From contig NC_058368.1 of assembly GCF_018350175.1 (NCBI RefSeq), positions 106,208,001-106,272,000 on the forward strand: DNA of 64,000 nucleotides, given 5' to 3'. This DNA comes from Felis catus. Taxonomy: Eukaryota. Under the pieces are notes generated by a model. That model had not been told where the DNA came from and did not search any database. It was given only the letters and a program-made list of their open reading frames with translations. Of the stretch, positions 12,915-25,811 are shown piece after piece. The position numbers were made by a program, and so were the translations under genes. Numbering within the stretch: position 1 is the stretch's first letter; each line of letters begins with the position of its first letter.

Positions 12915-13102
12915 ATTCACTCAGCATTTCTGCTTCTTTCTCGTGGGCTAGGACTTAGTCAGAGAGCCATTTCTGGAAGACTGGGAAACGCACTTTTCAT
13001 TCTGGGCAGCCAAGTGTGCAGGTGAAAATAATCAAGGTTTCTCTTACTGGCCATGAAAACGTGGAGGGTGGACACAGGAAGACCGCTAGGTGCTCCTGCC
13101 AT
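12915..13102 (-). mobile_element. MLT1-like LTR fragment
   Basis: GGCTAGGACTTAGTCA...GACTGGGAAA...TTTCATTCTGGGCAGCCA motifs. Confidence 0.5.
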
Positions 13103-14043
13103 GAACATTGATTCTGTTTAAATCTGGAATCAAGGTTCAAGAGGCGTGGGAGTCACTGCTACAGAATCAAATGTAAACGCCATATGTCTTTGACAATATA
13201 AAAATAATACCTGGTAAGGGAGGTGAGATAGGTCTGTGAGGCCCAGCAGGCAGTGATCCTTTGTAAGGCAATAAGGATCAATGTGGGATCAGGCAGGAGC
13301 AGGGCTGCAGGACAAACAGCCAGAGATGGAATTGTAGGGCAGACCTGTGACTCAATTGCATTTGAGTGATGCCTCCAACACTTTTGCTCTCAAGGCATAT
13401 GGGGTCACAATAACATACCACTGGTGATGGCCTATGATTTTTAACTCTCCAAGAGACAGGGAATTCGTTTTCAAGGCACAGTAAATCATGGCCTTAGGCA
13501 GCTCCCTCCTTCCCCCACCCCCAGGAATCCTAGTCCTCCAAGCACAATGCTCATAAATACCCAGGCAACCGGTCTGTTCAAATCACTTAATGGCTAACAA
13601 ACACAAAAGTCAGGGACACAGGGAATAAAAATTACCCTGTGTATGATGGTATCTAGTATTTGCAGAAAGCAATTTGTCACGGATTGAAAAACAAGATCTG
13701 CTTAAAGTGTAGAGAAAGGGATAATTTGGGGAGTACAGAATAATGAAATTTACCTTAAAATCATGTATCTGTGCATTGGGGAGAAATTTTAAGTACGGCG
13801 AAGTAATTTTACAGTGCAATTAACATTCTTTTAGGCAAGCTAATAAAGTCTCAGTTTTTGTAAATTTCACTTTTTTTTCCAGCTCTTTAATCGAATGTTA
13901 ACTTAGTTGAAAGGTATTTCGCCTTCAAGATCAGTTATAAAGCATACTTTTTCTCTTCTAATTACGCATTTGATCAATTAAGACAAACAATAGTAACGTA
14001 AAGGTAGCCATTAATGCCGTAACTTAATAACAGTTTTCTGTTG

Positions 14044-14062
14044 TGCCACAAGATGGCAGCAC
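14044..14062 (+). promoter_or_regulatory. Candidate CTCF binding site
   Basis: TGCCACAAGATGGCAGCAC matches the CTCF core motif; lies in apparently non-repetitive DNA. Confidence 0.55.
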
Positions 14063-14439
14063 TTGCAAGGGCGCCTTTTTTTTTTTTTTTTTTTTTTTTT
14101 AATGAGTAATATTGTATCATTGTGTAGTAAATGTATCCTTTGGTTGGAGGTCTGTAAAGGATGATTCAAAGGCTAATTCCTACCTTCTGGAATATAACCA
14201 GTTTGCATTATTACTTATTTTATTGTTTTTCATGTTTTTCAGCTTGAGAGCGATGTCTGTTTTCACCCCATACTATCAGATCTAAATTTGTTGTTTTGTA
14301 AATTAAGCAACCTGGTGAAAAATCCATTTACTGCTAGGCCAGGGGAAGAACACATTTCTTCACTCATAAATCTTATTTTGCTCCTCTTCTGATTTACTGA
14401 CTTTGGGGGGAAATCATCTCACATTGCTGTCCCCCGGAT

Positions 14440-14765
14440 TCCATATGGCTGTCTCTCAATTCCATAGGTCAGTGCTCAGGTCAGTTCACTGAACCCTTCC
14501 ATGCCTACCCTGTGAAACACGACGACACAATCACGCCTCTGCTGCCTTTGGTATTGCTTTCCCCCTTTACCTGGGCTTACTGTTAAACTCTGTATTTTAT
14601 CATCAAGCAATCTATCACCTATCTCCTTGTTTATTTGTGTCCTTCCCTAACAAGATGCAGGCTCGACAGACAGGATTTTGTCACTTCTGTTCCTTTTTTC
14701 TATTCCCAGCCCCAAGAACGGTTCCTACACATGGTGGGTGCTCAGCAAACCTGTGCTGAGTGTAT
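14440..14765 (+). mobile_element. LINE-2 3' fragment
   Basis: GACAGGATTTTGTCAC...CCCAGCCCCAAGAACGGTTCCTACACATGGTGGGTGCTCAGCAAAC L2 3' end. Confidence 0.7.
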
Positions 14766-14965
14766 CGGCTCGGAGGCAGCAACAAGTAATTGCAGCAGGG
14801 TGGAAGATGTGTTTAACAAGTATGGCAAACAAGAGCGCTAATCTGAGAATAGGCAGACCTAAGTTCTCGCTCCTGTTCTGTCCCACTGGTGAGGGACCTT
14901 GCGTTAGTAGCCCACCTTTGTGGGTCTTGGGGTTCTATTCAGTTAATACGGATAATAAAACTATT

Positions 14966-15100
14966 TGGGGGTCCCCTGGGTGGTTCAGTCTTGATCTCAG
15001 CTCAGGTCTTGAGCTCACAGTCTGTGAGTTGAAGCCCCACGTTGGGCTCCGTGCTGGGCATGAAGACTACTTAAACAAACAAACAAACAAACAAACAAAC
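14966..15100 (+). mobile_element. Short or internally deleted CanSINE with an (AAAC)n tail
   Basis: GGGGGTCCCCTGGGTGGTTCAG...GAGTTGAAGCCCCAC; AAAC repeats at ~15073-15100. Confidence 0.8.
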
Positions 15101-15423
15101 AGACACCATTTTTACTGCTATCTCAACATGGCTGGAAACTTGCAAATTTGTATCTCCAGTTAGGACTTCCTCCCTCCACGGTAGATCTCAGGGCCCACTC
15201 ATATCTCTGTTCGAAGGTCTCATAGGGCTCCAGCTGGAACTGCTGTCAATTCTTTCTGATGATTCAAACGCTGTAGGTTTGTTGTTGCCTCCTCCTTTCT
15301 CTCACATCCTAGCTTCCCCTTCATCAGCCTGCGTTGCCAGCTTATTATCTCAATGTCTCCCAGCTCTGAACACTTTTGTCCATGCTCACTACTGTTTGCA
15401 GAGCCGAGCAAGCTCCCATTCCT

Positions 15424-15570
15424 TTTTTTTTTTTTAATGTTTATTTATTTTTGAGACAGAGAGACAGAGCATGAACGGGGGAGGGTCAGAGAGAGGGAGG
15501 CACAGAATCTGAAACAGGCTCCAGGTTCTGAGCTGTCAGCACAGAGCCCGATGCGGGGCTGGAACTCATG
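15424..15570 (-). mobile_element. 5'-truncated CanSINE
   Basis: Perfect 18-bp TSD GAGCAAGCTCCCATTCCT at 15406-15423 and 15571-15588; A-box head missing. Confidence 0.95.
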
Positions 15571-15763
15571 GAGCAAGCTCCCATTCCTAAAGCAGACGAG
15601 TGCAATAGCTTCCTGACTGATCTCTCAGGGGCTGCCCTTGTCTTATCAGTCTAGTGTTAACCCAACAACCAGCATGACCTTGTTAAGAAATCAGTGTGAT
15701 CCTAGCACTCTTCAGCTCCTAAATGCCATTGGCCTCCATCTCTACTTGAGAAAAGGTAAAGCC

Positions 15764-15870
15764 CGGGGTGCCTGACCGGCTCAGTGAGACTCTTGATCTG
15801 GGGGTTGTGAGTTCAAGCCCCATGGTGGGTGTAGAGATCGGCTTAAATAATTAATTAATTGGTTTTAAAA
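15764..15870 (+). mobile_element. Short old CanSINE
   Basis: GGGGTGCCTGACCGGCTCAG...GAGTTCAAGCCCCA; flanks GAAAAGGTAAAGCCC / GAAAAGTGAAAGCCC. Confidence 0.85.
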
Positions 15871-16769
15871 AGGAAAGAAAAGTGAAAGCCCTAAAATGGC
15901 TTTAATGCCCTGTGACATATGCACCTAGTCCTTACTGCTCTGATCTCATCTCGGTTTAACTCTGCCTCCCCCACCCCACGGCCCCCAGTGCTCATCCTTT
16001 GACATAACGGCTATACAGGGCTCCGTGATGCTTCTTAAGCACATCAGTCAGGCTTCTCTCTCTCTTTGGCTCTCTGCATCTGCCTGGAGCTCTCTTCCTC
16101 CAGATAGCTGCTTTGCCTAGACCCTCCTCTCCTTGATGATGATGCTCAAGTTGTACATTTTCACAGAAGCCTTCTCTGATCACCTTACTTAAAATTTTGT
16201 TCACCCCAACACCTCTAGCTCCATTCTCGCCTTCATTTTTGCTGTAATTCGTGTCACTACAACACAATGTGTTTTTGGCTGTTCTTTTTACTTAACGTTT
16301 TCCTTTGTCTACTAGAACATATGCTCCATAAAAAGGAATCATCACTTCTGCTTTCTTGAGACAGCCCTTGTGATGATGAAAAAAGGAGGAAATTCTTCTG
16401 TTTCCCTCACCTGCCCAGAATAATCATAAGCCAAACTTTAGGTACTCCCAGCGACACTTACACATAACATTTTATTATAATTTTTCATATGTGTATGTCT
16501 TCCTCACTGGGAGGAAGCTGTCTCGAGGTATTTTATTTTGTTACATTTCTGTTTCTATCCCCAGCAAGGTGCCTTGAAGATGAGATATACTCAGTAACTT
16601 TTTGAACTGAAAGGGATGTATGAAACACACATTCACTTAGTGTATGGCTAGAATGTGGCAATGATATAAACAAACACACCAGAATTTACACATATAAAGG
16701 AGTGTTTCATTTTTCTAATCTTCAAAGAAGACACCTTTGGAAACTAAAACTATTCTCACCATTTGCCTG

Positions 16770-16832
16770 TTTTCTTTTCTTTTCTTTTCTTTTCTTTTCT
16801 TTTCTTTTCTTTTCTTTTCTTTTCTTTTCTTT

Positions 16833-16880
<48 letters not shown>

Positions 16881-16900
16881 TTTTCTTTCTTTCTTTTTTT
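16770..16900. repeat. Compound (TTTTC)n(TTTC)n microsatellite
   Basis: Seen directly. Confidence 0.97.
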
Positions 16901-17689
16901 CCCCCTGGAACTCCTCCTTAGTAATTGCCTTCAATATTTGAACCAGTTTCTTAAAGATATTATCGATAATGTCAAACCATCCTTTGAAGTTAGATTTGTT
17001 TTAGGGGCAGTTAAATTTGGAACTAAATTTAGTGAATAAAGTGGGCATTACTCAGAGGCCAAAATGAAATGTGGTGATAATGTAAGACTTCTTCTGTTTC
17101 ACATGACTAATAAACTGGATCTGATTATAAATATTAAAAGCTAGGTCAGTAAGGATGACTGGGAAATCATAATCTTTCAAAGAAACTATGCAACAATAAA
17201 CAACAACAACAAAATCTATTTAGAAGTATAAAATCTATTGTTACTTTTTTAAAAGTGGGGGACACATCTTGAAACAGTCTTATTTTCCGAAGAGAGAAAG
17301 AAAGGTTAGACACTCGGCAGCACTGAGGAAAGACATAACTGAAAACAAGCGTGACTTGAAAAACAGTCTTCCCAAACTCTTATCAAGGACTGAAGCCTTG
17401 CCTTGACAGTATATTTAAGTCATTTCCTGCTGGTATACATTGCCTGATGTTGCCGCAGATAAGAAATTAATCACTGTTCTCTATTTTATATTTTTTGAAC
17501 TTATGTAACCAAGAGACCTCACATGACTTTTGATTTTGCTACATCACTCTACTTGAACTTCCTCTCTCAACAGGTAAGAAGGTTCTGATAAGAGCAAAAC
17601 ACTCTGCTAGCTGGAAAACAGTAAAATCTCATACACAGCAGTAATTATTATTTAAATACCTAATTATGCGAACCTAATTAAACTTTGAA

Positions 17690-18160
17690 ATAATAATTAA
17701 CAAGATATGGAAGTGTATAATTAGATGCTAAAATAAGCAAATGAAAAAATACGTGCTACAGGAATTTGGAGACTAGATTGTGTTGGCACTAAAGAGGTGG
17801 AGATCCTTTCAGAGAAACTGGGCTTGAGCTATATAGCTGACAGATTGAGAAGGGAAAATTGTCATGAAAAGCACAGGGTAAGGCTTGAAGTTGGAAGTGG
17901 GAGGTTTGGGGTGGAAAGCGGTGTAGGGATTCCTGGGAGATATAGCTGAATGAGTTCCTGGGAGAAGTACAGATCAGTAAGCAGGAAGGAGTCAGGAGGG
18001 GGCGTGTGAATGCTATCTTGCCAGATAGGAAAGATAGCTGAGCGTTTTTTTAAAGGAGAGAATCATCTAGATGTGTTAAAGACATCAACATGGCTGCAGG
18101 GCGAGGCATGGATTGGAACAGCAAGAAATTATTTTAACAGAATTCCAAAGAAGAGATGAC
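17690..18160 (-). mobile_element. Degenerate LINE-2 fragment
   Basis: Purine-rich L2-like motifs (GTGCTACAGGAATTTGGAG, TTGAGCT, GGCTGCAGGGCGAGGCATGGATTGGA). Confidence 0.5.
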
Positions 18161-18690
18161 CTTGTCTGACCCAGCCGACAGAACCTGTCCAACTATGACT
18201 GTACGTGTGTAGGCTTTGTCTCATCATTAGTCAAAGCTCACAAATGCTTCCTGGACTTACACAGGCAGTTTTTAAAAATGTGTGAATTGTGACCATCCTA
18301 TGACTTTTAGTGTCTATACTATAGCTGATTCTGTCCACTATTTACCTAGACTATTAAAAAAGGACTCAGCTCTGTTTATTAGCTTAATTTATGAAAAAGA
18401 GCCCGTAGTGATATACATACATGAAATTAATAGCTTATTTTTTATAAGAATCCTTCCTAGGTCCTTTAGACTTCCCATTCACTGACTTACTGGTACCAAA
18501 TGTATTCATTAAACCTGATTACTTACATAACTTGAGAGCCATGAGTCAATTAAAAATGATACTTCTTGGTAAGAAATAAAAATGAAAAGGATAGATGCAG
18601 CAACGCTGGTTAGAAAAACTGCCAGATAAACCTTTAAAATCGTAGTGAGTTTTCCGATCCTCAGAATTATGCTTTGAAAAATAGCATGAT

Positions 18691-18922
18691 GGGGCGCCTG
18701 GGTGGCGCAGTCGGTTAAGCGTCCGACTTCAGCCAGGTCACGATCTCGCGGTCGGTGAGTTCAAGCCCCGTGTCAGGCTCTGGGCTGATGGCTCAGAGCC
18801 TGGACCTGTTTCCGATTCTGTGTCTCCCTCTCTCTCTGCCCCTCCCCCGTTCATGCTCTTTCTCTCTGTGTCCCAAAAATAAATAAACGTTGAAAAAAAA
18901 AATTTAAAAAAAAAAAAGAAAA
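18691..18922 (+). mobile_element. Young SINEC_Fc
   Basis: TSD GAAAAATAGCATGAT at 18676-18690 and 18923-18937. Confidence 0.96.
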
Positions 18923-19171
18923 GAAAAATAGCATGATAACAATTATAACCTAACCTGGTCAGAAATTATATTCTTGTAGGTTTCCTTTGTTAAAGGAAAG
19001 TTGGATTTCCAAATAATAGAATGACCCAGTGATGATACCTGCATTAAATCCTTTTATTTTTAGAGTTCCTTTAAAATACCTTGAACGTTGGTGTTGCCTT
19101 CATGAGATCCTAAAATTTCCAGTTAATGAAAATTTAAAATTATGTAGTATCTCTTTCAATATTGCTTTTCT

Positions 19172-19380
19172 TTAATGTTTATTTATTTTTGAAAGAGAGA
19201 GACAGAGACAGAGCATGAGTGAGGGAGGGGCAGAGAGAGAGGGAGACACAGAATCTGAAGCAGGCTCCAGGCTCCGAGCTGTCAGCACAGAGCCCGACGT
19301 GGGGCTTGAACCCACGATCCGTGGGATCGTGACCTAAGCCGAAGTTGGACACTTAACTGAATGAGCCACCCAGACACGCC
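19172..19380 (-). mobile_element. CanSINE
   Basis: TSD TCA(A/G)TATTGCTTTTCT at 19156-19171 and 19381-19396. Confidence 0.95.
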
Positions 19381-20980
19381 TCAGTATTGCTTTTCTAATG
19401 TAGCAAAGTTTTTTTATTTGTTTGTTTGGTTGGTTTTTCAGCCCTCTTCTATAATCTTTACCAAACCCAAAGCTAGAGAAATGAGTTACCTAACATAGGT
19501 TAGGCAGGTGTGGAGCCTGGCTGCCATTATGAAGTGCAGGAATGATGGAGAATCTCTCTCTGAAGACAGTTGGGACTAAATTATCAGTCTTTAGAAAACA
19601 ACAGATTAATTATGATGTCAAAACATCCTGATTTCTGTGCTTGCCTTATAAAACTCGACTTACCCAGTTCAGTTGTGGAACCAAACAGGCTCAAGGACGA
19701 CCGTATTAGATTGCATGACACATAGATAACTTTATAAACCGTTGCTATGCATGAGGAAAGACTGACAGTCATGCTTCTGTGGACTGATGGATATGAGAAT
19801 ATGGGGAAAACGAGAAGATTGAAATTGCTGGTATTAGTAATTTATATTGACAACTCTGATTTACCTTATTTCTTTGGATAATTTAACCTGTCTGAGAAAG
19901 CTATTTTTCCAAAGTACGTGGAACTGTTTCCTGGTCAGACTGGCCGCGTTCGCTGCGCTCACAGGAGGCTGTAGTGAAATCCTTGTGCGTGTCTCTTCAA
20001 AAATACCTGAGAGAATTTGGGGGGCGGGGGTGGGGCATGGCCTGGTACACGCCACCAATCCCAACAGCCTAGCAATGGCTGAGAATTTCTTCAGTCATAG
20101 GATAAGCAATGATTTTCCGTAGGCAGTGTGGTGAAAAGTAAGAATGGAATTTACAGCTTTCTTCCAAATTATCCCTTCACTTCAGCCTCCACCCTCTGTT
20201 ATATCTATACCAACATGGCCTCACTCATTCTTCACACCAGCTCTTGACAGCCCTCAGTTTTCCCAGGCCGACTTCCGTTTCTGTAGTTTTTCTGGGCTCC
20301 ATTCAGAGGAATGGAGTCAGAAGCAAGCCATTTAGCAGAAACAAGTATAGTTCTTTGGAAGCGGTATCCCTTTTCTTACCACGACTCGACTTAGGAGGAA
20401 ACGCAGAGCATGCTCATAAACTCTTTTCCCTTCTGGCTCTTGAGATGGATAAGAGTGACTATCACCATTCCTACCTGCTCTTTAGACACTAAGATCAACA
20501 GACAGTCATTATCATTGTTGCTTGATGATTAGCATGGTTTCAAATTCATCTTAAAATTACCAGTGGGATGGAATTCATCTTTAAATGTCGTGCAGTCGAA
20601 ATTTCATGATTTATTACATTACAACCAGGTAAACTGAAAAACAAACAAAACCCCCTACACCCAATCAAGACAATTAGCGTTAAAGGGCGTGTTAAGGGCA
20701 TAACACTTAGGGTGTTATGTTAAATCTCATAGTTAGCCCAGACTCACTGAGCCAGTGCACTGACGCTTTGAGAAAAACATGCTCACACCTTTGCCAAATT
20801 TTCTGTCAGAGTAGTAAGTACAGAAACGTGACATGGAATAACTCCACGAAATTACAAATGGAAAGAAGAAATAATAGTTCTAAGTCCACTTTGCAAGAAA
20901 TCCTAATTCTTAGTCACACTACTACTTTCCTCTAGAGGTCTTTGAATTTCAACCCCTCTGATAAATTTATATTCAGGTTA

Positions 20981-21175
20981 AAAGACATTTTTTTTGAGAG
21001 AGAGACAGCGTGAGCAGGGGAGGGGCAGAAAGAGAGGGAGACACAGAACCCGAAGCAGGCTCCAGGCTCAGAGCTGTCAGCACAGAGCCCGATGCGGGGC
21101 TCAAACCCATGAACTGTGAGATCATGACCTGAGCCGAAGTCAGACGTTTAACTGACTGAGCCACCCAGGCGCCCC
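20981..21175 (-). mobile_element. CanSINE
   Basis: Ends GCCACCCAGGCGCCCC; TSD TATATT(C/T)AGGTT. Confidence 0.94.
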
Positions 21176-22634
21176 TATATTTAGGTTTAAAAAATTAACT
21201 GAATTCTAAAACCAAAGCTCCATCATATCTGTTAGTCTCCCTTCATATACAGGGGCCTCTTGAAAAAACTCCAGCGTGGCAATGGCTTCCATAGCTGAAC
21301 TGCATTCTCCTTTTCGTCTCATTAAATATATATAGTGCACAGATAATAAGTTCCTTTCTGTCAAAAAGTTGGAAGCTTTTATTTCAAACCAGTTTATTTT
21401 ACACGTATATAGTCACATACTCTACACTGGCATTTTAAATTTTATTCCAGAAAGTGAGAGCAAGTAGAACCGCAACGAGATTTTTATTTAGCTCAAGCGT
21501 TAATGCAAATGTCCTCATTACTGTCCTTGGAAAACAACAACAGCAGCAGGAAAACCTACATTCCCAGTAAAGCTGTAATCCAGATATCTAAGATTTAAGC
21601 CGAAGGGTTAAAAAAAGATAACAATATCAGCAAGGGGCAGGAAGACAGAAGGTGTAGTTTATCAACTAATGGAAAAGATTGTGCCTAGGAACCGAGAAGG
21701 AAATAGCGTACAAGATAGCTTTCGTTGAAAAAGTGCCCAGTGAGTTCCTAAAATATTTGAATTCCAGTTTGGAAACTGTATCTTAAAACACATTAAGTGA
21801 GCTGGCTGTTCCCAGTCATTCCTTTTGAAACACATCTTATTCAAGCTGTGAAGGGATCGCACGAACTCAATGTGAGAAAAGTATTCATTACGGTGCGGTT
21901 ACAGTGTGAGCAGTGCCTGATGGCAACGTAACACAAAGGAAAAAGGAAGGTACGAAAGGACCTAATTTTACAATGATCCCAACCAAGATACAGCCATGTC
22001 ACTGGGATCTCAGATTTCTGGTCCAGAAAAAAGAACGTTTTAATTTTAGGCTTTTAGCCTCTGTTGAATATGATTTTCAGAAGGAGCATGACATCGTTAT
22101 CTCTAAAGCTCATTTCAGAGCATTCCCTCAGTGACTGAGCCTCACCTGTGTACTTTTGCGGAAAATGTTTCCCCAGTGCACCCCGCAACTCGGTTCCTGA
22201 GTACAGAAGCCCTTCTTGGGCCACAAAAAGCAGGACCCCCAAATTCTGATCCCCGTTTACAAATACACCATTTAGGAGTTTGCTTTTAACGGCTTTTTCA
22301 TTTCTATCACAGCCTAGGAAGGCGTAGTTTGAATCACTTGGGGTCCAAAAAGGCAACCTCTTCCGAGCGTTCAAAGGAAAGAAAAATGATATTTGCCTTC
22401 TTACTCATTCGTGACATAGGCACCTGTGTACAGACAGTTTGGAAATGCATTCCTCTCATTATTCTCAAAAGAATCATTGTCAGTGCTTATTGTTAGTAAA
22501 TACCTCTTGTTTCAATTGCACATGGTAGACAAAAAATCAGTTGGTTCACACATTACACAGCTTCAGTGCAGCCACATGCTCCCCTGAGGATACACTCACG
22601 CTAATGGAAACATCTCCTTTAGAAAGTTTGTGTT

Positions 22635-22860
22635 GGGCGCCTGGGTGGAGCAGTCGGTTAAGCGTCCGACTTCAGCCAGGTCACGATCTCGCGGTCGGTG
22701 AGTTCGAGCCCCGCGTCGGGCTCTGGGCTGATGGCTCGGAGCCTGGAGCCTGTTTCCGATTCTGTGTCTCCCTCTCTCTCTGCCCCTCCCCCGTTCATGC
22801 TCTGTCTCTCTCTGTCCCAAAAATAAATAAATAAACGTTGAAAAAAAAAAAAAAGAAAGA
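22635..22860 (+). mobile_element. Young SINEC_Fc
   Basis: Intact CpG-rich body and A tail; flanks AGAAAGTTTGTG / AGAAAGTATGTG. Confidence 0.95.
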
Positions 22861-22879
22861 AAGAAAGTATGTGAAATCT

Positions 22880-23080
22880 GGAGGTGCCTGAGTGGCTCAG
22901 CCCATTGAGCATCTAACTTCCGCTCAGGTCGTGATCTCGTGGTTGGTGGGTTAGAGCCACGCGTCCGGCTCTGTGCTGACAGCTCAGAGCCTGGAGCCTG
23001 CTTCAGATTCTGTGTCTCCTTCTCTCTCTGCCCCTCCCCTGCTCTCACTCTATCTCTCTCAAAATGAATAAACATTAGAC
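22880..23080 (+). mobile_element. CanSINE
   Basis: GGAGGTGCCTGAGTGGCTCAG head; TSD AAGAAA(G/A)TATGTGAAATCT at 22861-22879 and 23312-23330 encloses it together with the next element. Confidence 0.93.
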
Positions 23081-23084
23081 ATTT

Positions 23085-23295
23085 AAAAAAAAAATTTTTT
23101 TATATTTATTTTTGATAGAGAGAGACAGAGCACAAGTGGGGGAGGGGAAGAGAGAGAAGGAGACCCAGAATCTGAAGCAGGCTCCGGGCTCCGAGCTGTC
23201 GGCACAGAGCCCGACGTGGGGCTCAAACTCACACACTGAGAGATCATGACCTGAGCTGAAGTTGGACGCTCAACCACTGAGCCACCCAGGCGCCC
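23085..23295 (-). mobile_element. CanSINE nested in the tail of the previous SINE
   Basis: Inverted SINE ending CCACCCAGGCGCCCC; A(G/A)ACATTT on both flanks. Confidence 0.93.
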
Positions 23296-23889
23296 CAAAC
23301 ATTTTTTAAAAAAAGAAAATATGTGAAATCTAAGCAGTGTAGCTTCAACAGGTCATCTAGCATGGAGCTGCAAGCATTCTGAGAGCAAGAGAAAGGATGA
23401 ACTGGAAAGAAAGCCATTTTATACCCCGTTTGGCCTTGACGTACCATCCGTGATCCTCTCCAAACTGTTCATTCTTTTTCATTTTAAGTATCAAGACAGT
23501 TGAAGGAATGCTAAGGTAAGTGAAGTAAAAATATCATTTGGGAAAATCATGGTGATTTTGGCAAACACAGAAGGAAACCTGAATCATCCTTGTGGCTCTC
23601 CACAGGAAGGGCCCAGGCAGGCTGTCTCCACAAAAGCATGCTGACATTTATCTCAGAAAAGACACTGTGACGTCCCATAGCTCCTGTAGCATTTGTGTAG
23701 AGGAAGATAAATATATTTCACTCCGTGGGTCTGTAATCCTCCAGCCTTTTAGTTGGACCAAACCGTTCAAGAAATTCCTTCCAAGTCTTAGGCCTTGTTC
23801 CATTTCCCAATGCCAGCATACTTGATGATCTCTTTTTTATTCTGAACGTGTTGTATGTAACATTTTTATGTGGGATATAATTAAAGAAT

Positions 23890-23945
<56 letters not shown>
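23890..23945. repeat. (GA)n microsatellite
   Basis: Seen directly. Confidence 0.97.
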
Positions 23946-23948
<3 letters not shown>

Positions 23949-24873
23949 GAACACTAGTGAGGCCAAATCCTGGAAGCACAGCTTGTGTTGAGTACTTTAT
24001 AGAAACTGTAAAATACACTTTCAATCATTACATTATATATGAGACTCAGTACAGTGTTGACTTTCTTTACTGGCTAACAGGGTCTTAAAATTGGATATAC
24101 AATGACTCTGGTGCAGAAAATGCAAGTCTTTCTTTCTCAAGATGAATTTTTACTTGACCTTTGTATGGCACAACAATCTTTGGAAGCCAAATACTTTGTT
24201 TCTTATTCATTACGCTCCTCTAGAGAACTCTGCCCCTTGGTGACAACGAGGAACAATTTGAGGATTGTCTCAGAACACTGTCACTTTGTACGTCTCAAAA
24301 GTTACTCACAGATTTTGAAATGAAGATCTTAGAGGTGAGGTCAAATGACCTCAGAATAAGAGGCGCCATTCTTCAACACTCCCTGGCCCCTGGTGGATAA
24401 TTGACCAAATTTACTCTTTCACAATTAGCAAGTGGGTGTGTATGAAGCTACGTGGGTGGTAGTTGTGATAATCAGTGTATCCATTTCGTAAAAGTGTTTA
24501 TTCAGAATAACTTACAATTTTACGATGATGGTTGTGTAGCAGTATCCCTGCCATGTTCCTGGAGGAGGAACCTTTCCTTCTCAAGGCTTTCTTTCTCCAG
24601 GGTGGTTTTCCGCTTGAGCTTTCCTTTTAACAAACTACTAGAAATATTCTTATATTTTGCTTATCCTTCTCTTGCTTTTGACCTCTTCCCCTGCATGTGA
24701 TGGTTAGTTGTTTCCCCATAGTTAACTAGATTGTGGTTCATGGTATAAAGGAAAATATGAGTTTCTTTAAACAAAAATGTCCACTTTATAGTTTTCACGT
24801 ACAAAAAATTCTTGTGGGAAATCCCACTGAACATGATCCAAACTACAGATTACGATACAAAATAGATGATTTT

Positions 24874-24950
24874 CCCCTCCTCCACTCATGCTCTGTCTCT
24901 CTCTCTCTCTCTGTCTCTCTCAAAAGTAAATAAACATTAAAAATTATTAA
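24874..24950 (+). mobile_element. Severely 5'-truncated CanSINE (CT tract and tail only)
   Basis: Perfect TSD AAAATAGATGATTTT at 24859-24873 and 24951-24965. Confidence 0.9.
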
Positions 24951-25384
24951 AAAATAGATGATTTTTGTATATTTGCTCATATGTATTATTAAAAGTGTTT
25001 GGAGTATACAAAAATAGCCACTAATCAGAACAAATGAGCACCTGGAAGAAATATACACACCAATCACAAAGCACTAAATGTCATTCATAAGATAAATTTG
25101 AAATATCTGTGCTTCCGGGAACAGGTTCATATTTTTTTTATTTAAAAACTATAATTGCCTTGCCAGTGATTAAATATAAATAGGAGGTTTCTCCTAAACC
25201 TTAGGCTAAATTCCTGTGTGCCCCACAGCAAAACTAAGACTATTTGATGGAGTAAATTGAAGGTGCTCTTGACCTAGTGATAGTGAGGATGGCTTGAAAA
25301 TATAATTAAAAGTAAAGATGTCTGATTGTTTTCATGATAACTGTTTTATTCTGCACTACTCAATTCCCTACGCTCTTTTTTTTT

Positions 25385-25607
25385 TTTTAAAGAAGCACAT
25401 CATTAAAAAAAAACTTTATTTATTTATTTTGAGAGAGAAAGAGAGCAGGGTAGGGTGAGAGAGAGACGGTAAGAGAGGATCCCAAGGAAGCTCCCCGCTG
25501 CCAGCACAGAGCCCGATACAGGACTCAAACTCACAAACCATCAGTTCATGACCTGAGCAGAAACCAAGAGTTGGACACTCAACCGACTGAGCCACCCAGG
25601 TGCCCCC
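25385..25607 (-). mobile_element. CanSINE
   Basis: Ends GAGCCACCCAGGTGCCCC; flanks TA(C/G)GCTCTTTTT. Confidence 0.93.
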
Positions 25608-25811
25608 TAGGCTCTTTTTGATAAGTTTATTTTTTCTGTTATTCATATTAATTTTGCATATTTTTGCAAAAGAAGACAATCATAAGAATGATGTCTCCTG
25701 AAATATCTTTAGATTAACTGAAAGTGCTCAATAACAATCTTCTCTCTAATGTTGATGGATTGAAGAGAAGGAATCACTTGAAATTCAAGTTAGTTGAAAA
25801 CGTACAAGTGA

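Larger units (their letters stand above)
15110..16330 (+). mobile_element. LINE-2 fragment interrupted by SINEs
   Basis: TGCAATAGCTTCCTGACTGATCTC, TCTGCCTGGAGCTCTCTTCCTCCAGATA, CAGAAGCCTTCTCTGATCACC, CTAGAACATATGCTCCAT. Confidence 0.7.

Noticed and set aside
17555..17580. Splice-like CTCTCTCAACAG|GTAAG
   Set aside because: Isolated motif with no supportable exon or ORF; needs transcript data
18691..18770. tRNA-like sequence at SINE heads
   Set aside because: tRNA-derived CanSINE heads followed by CT tracts, A tails and TSDs; not tRNA genes
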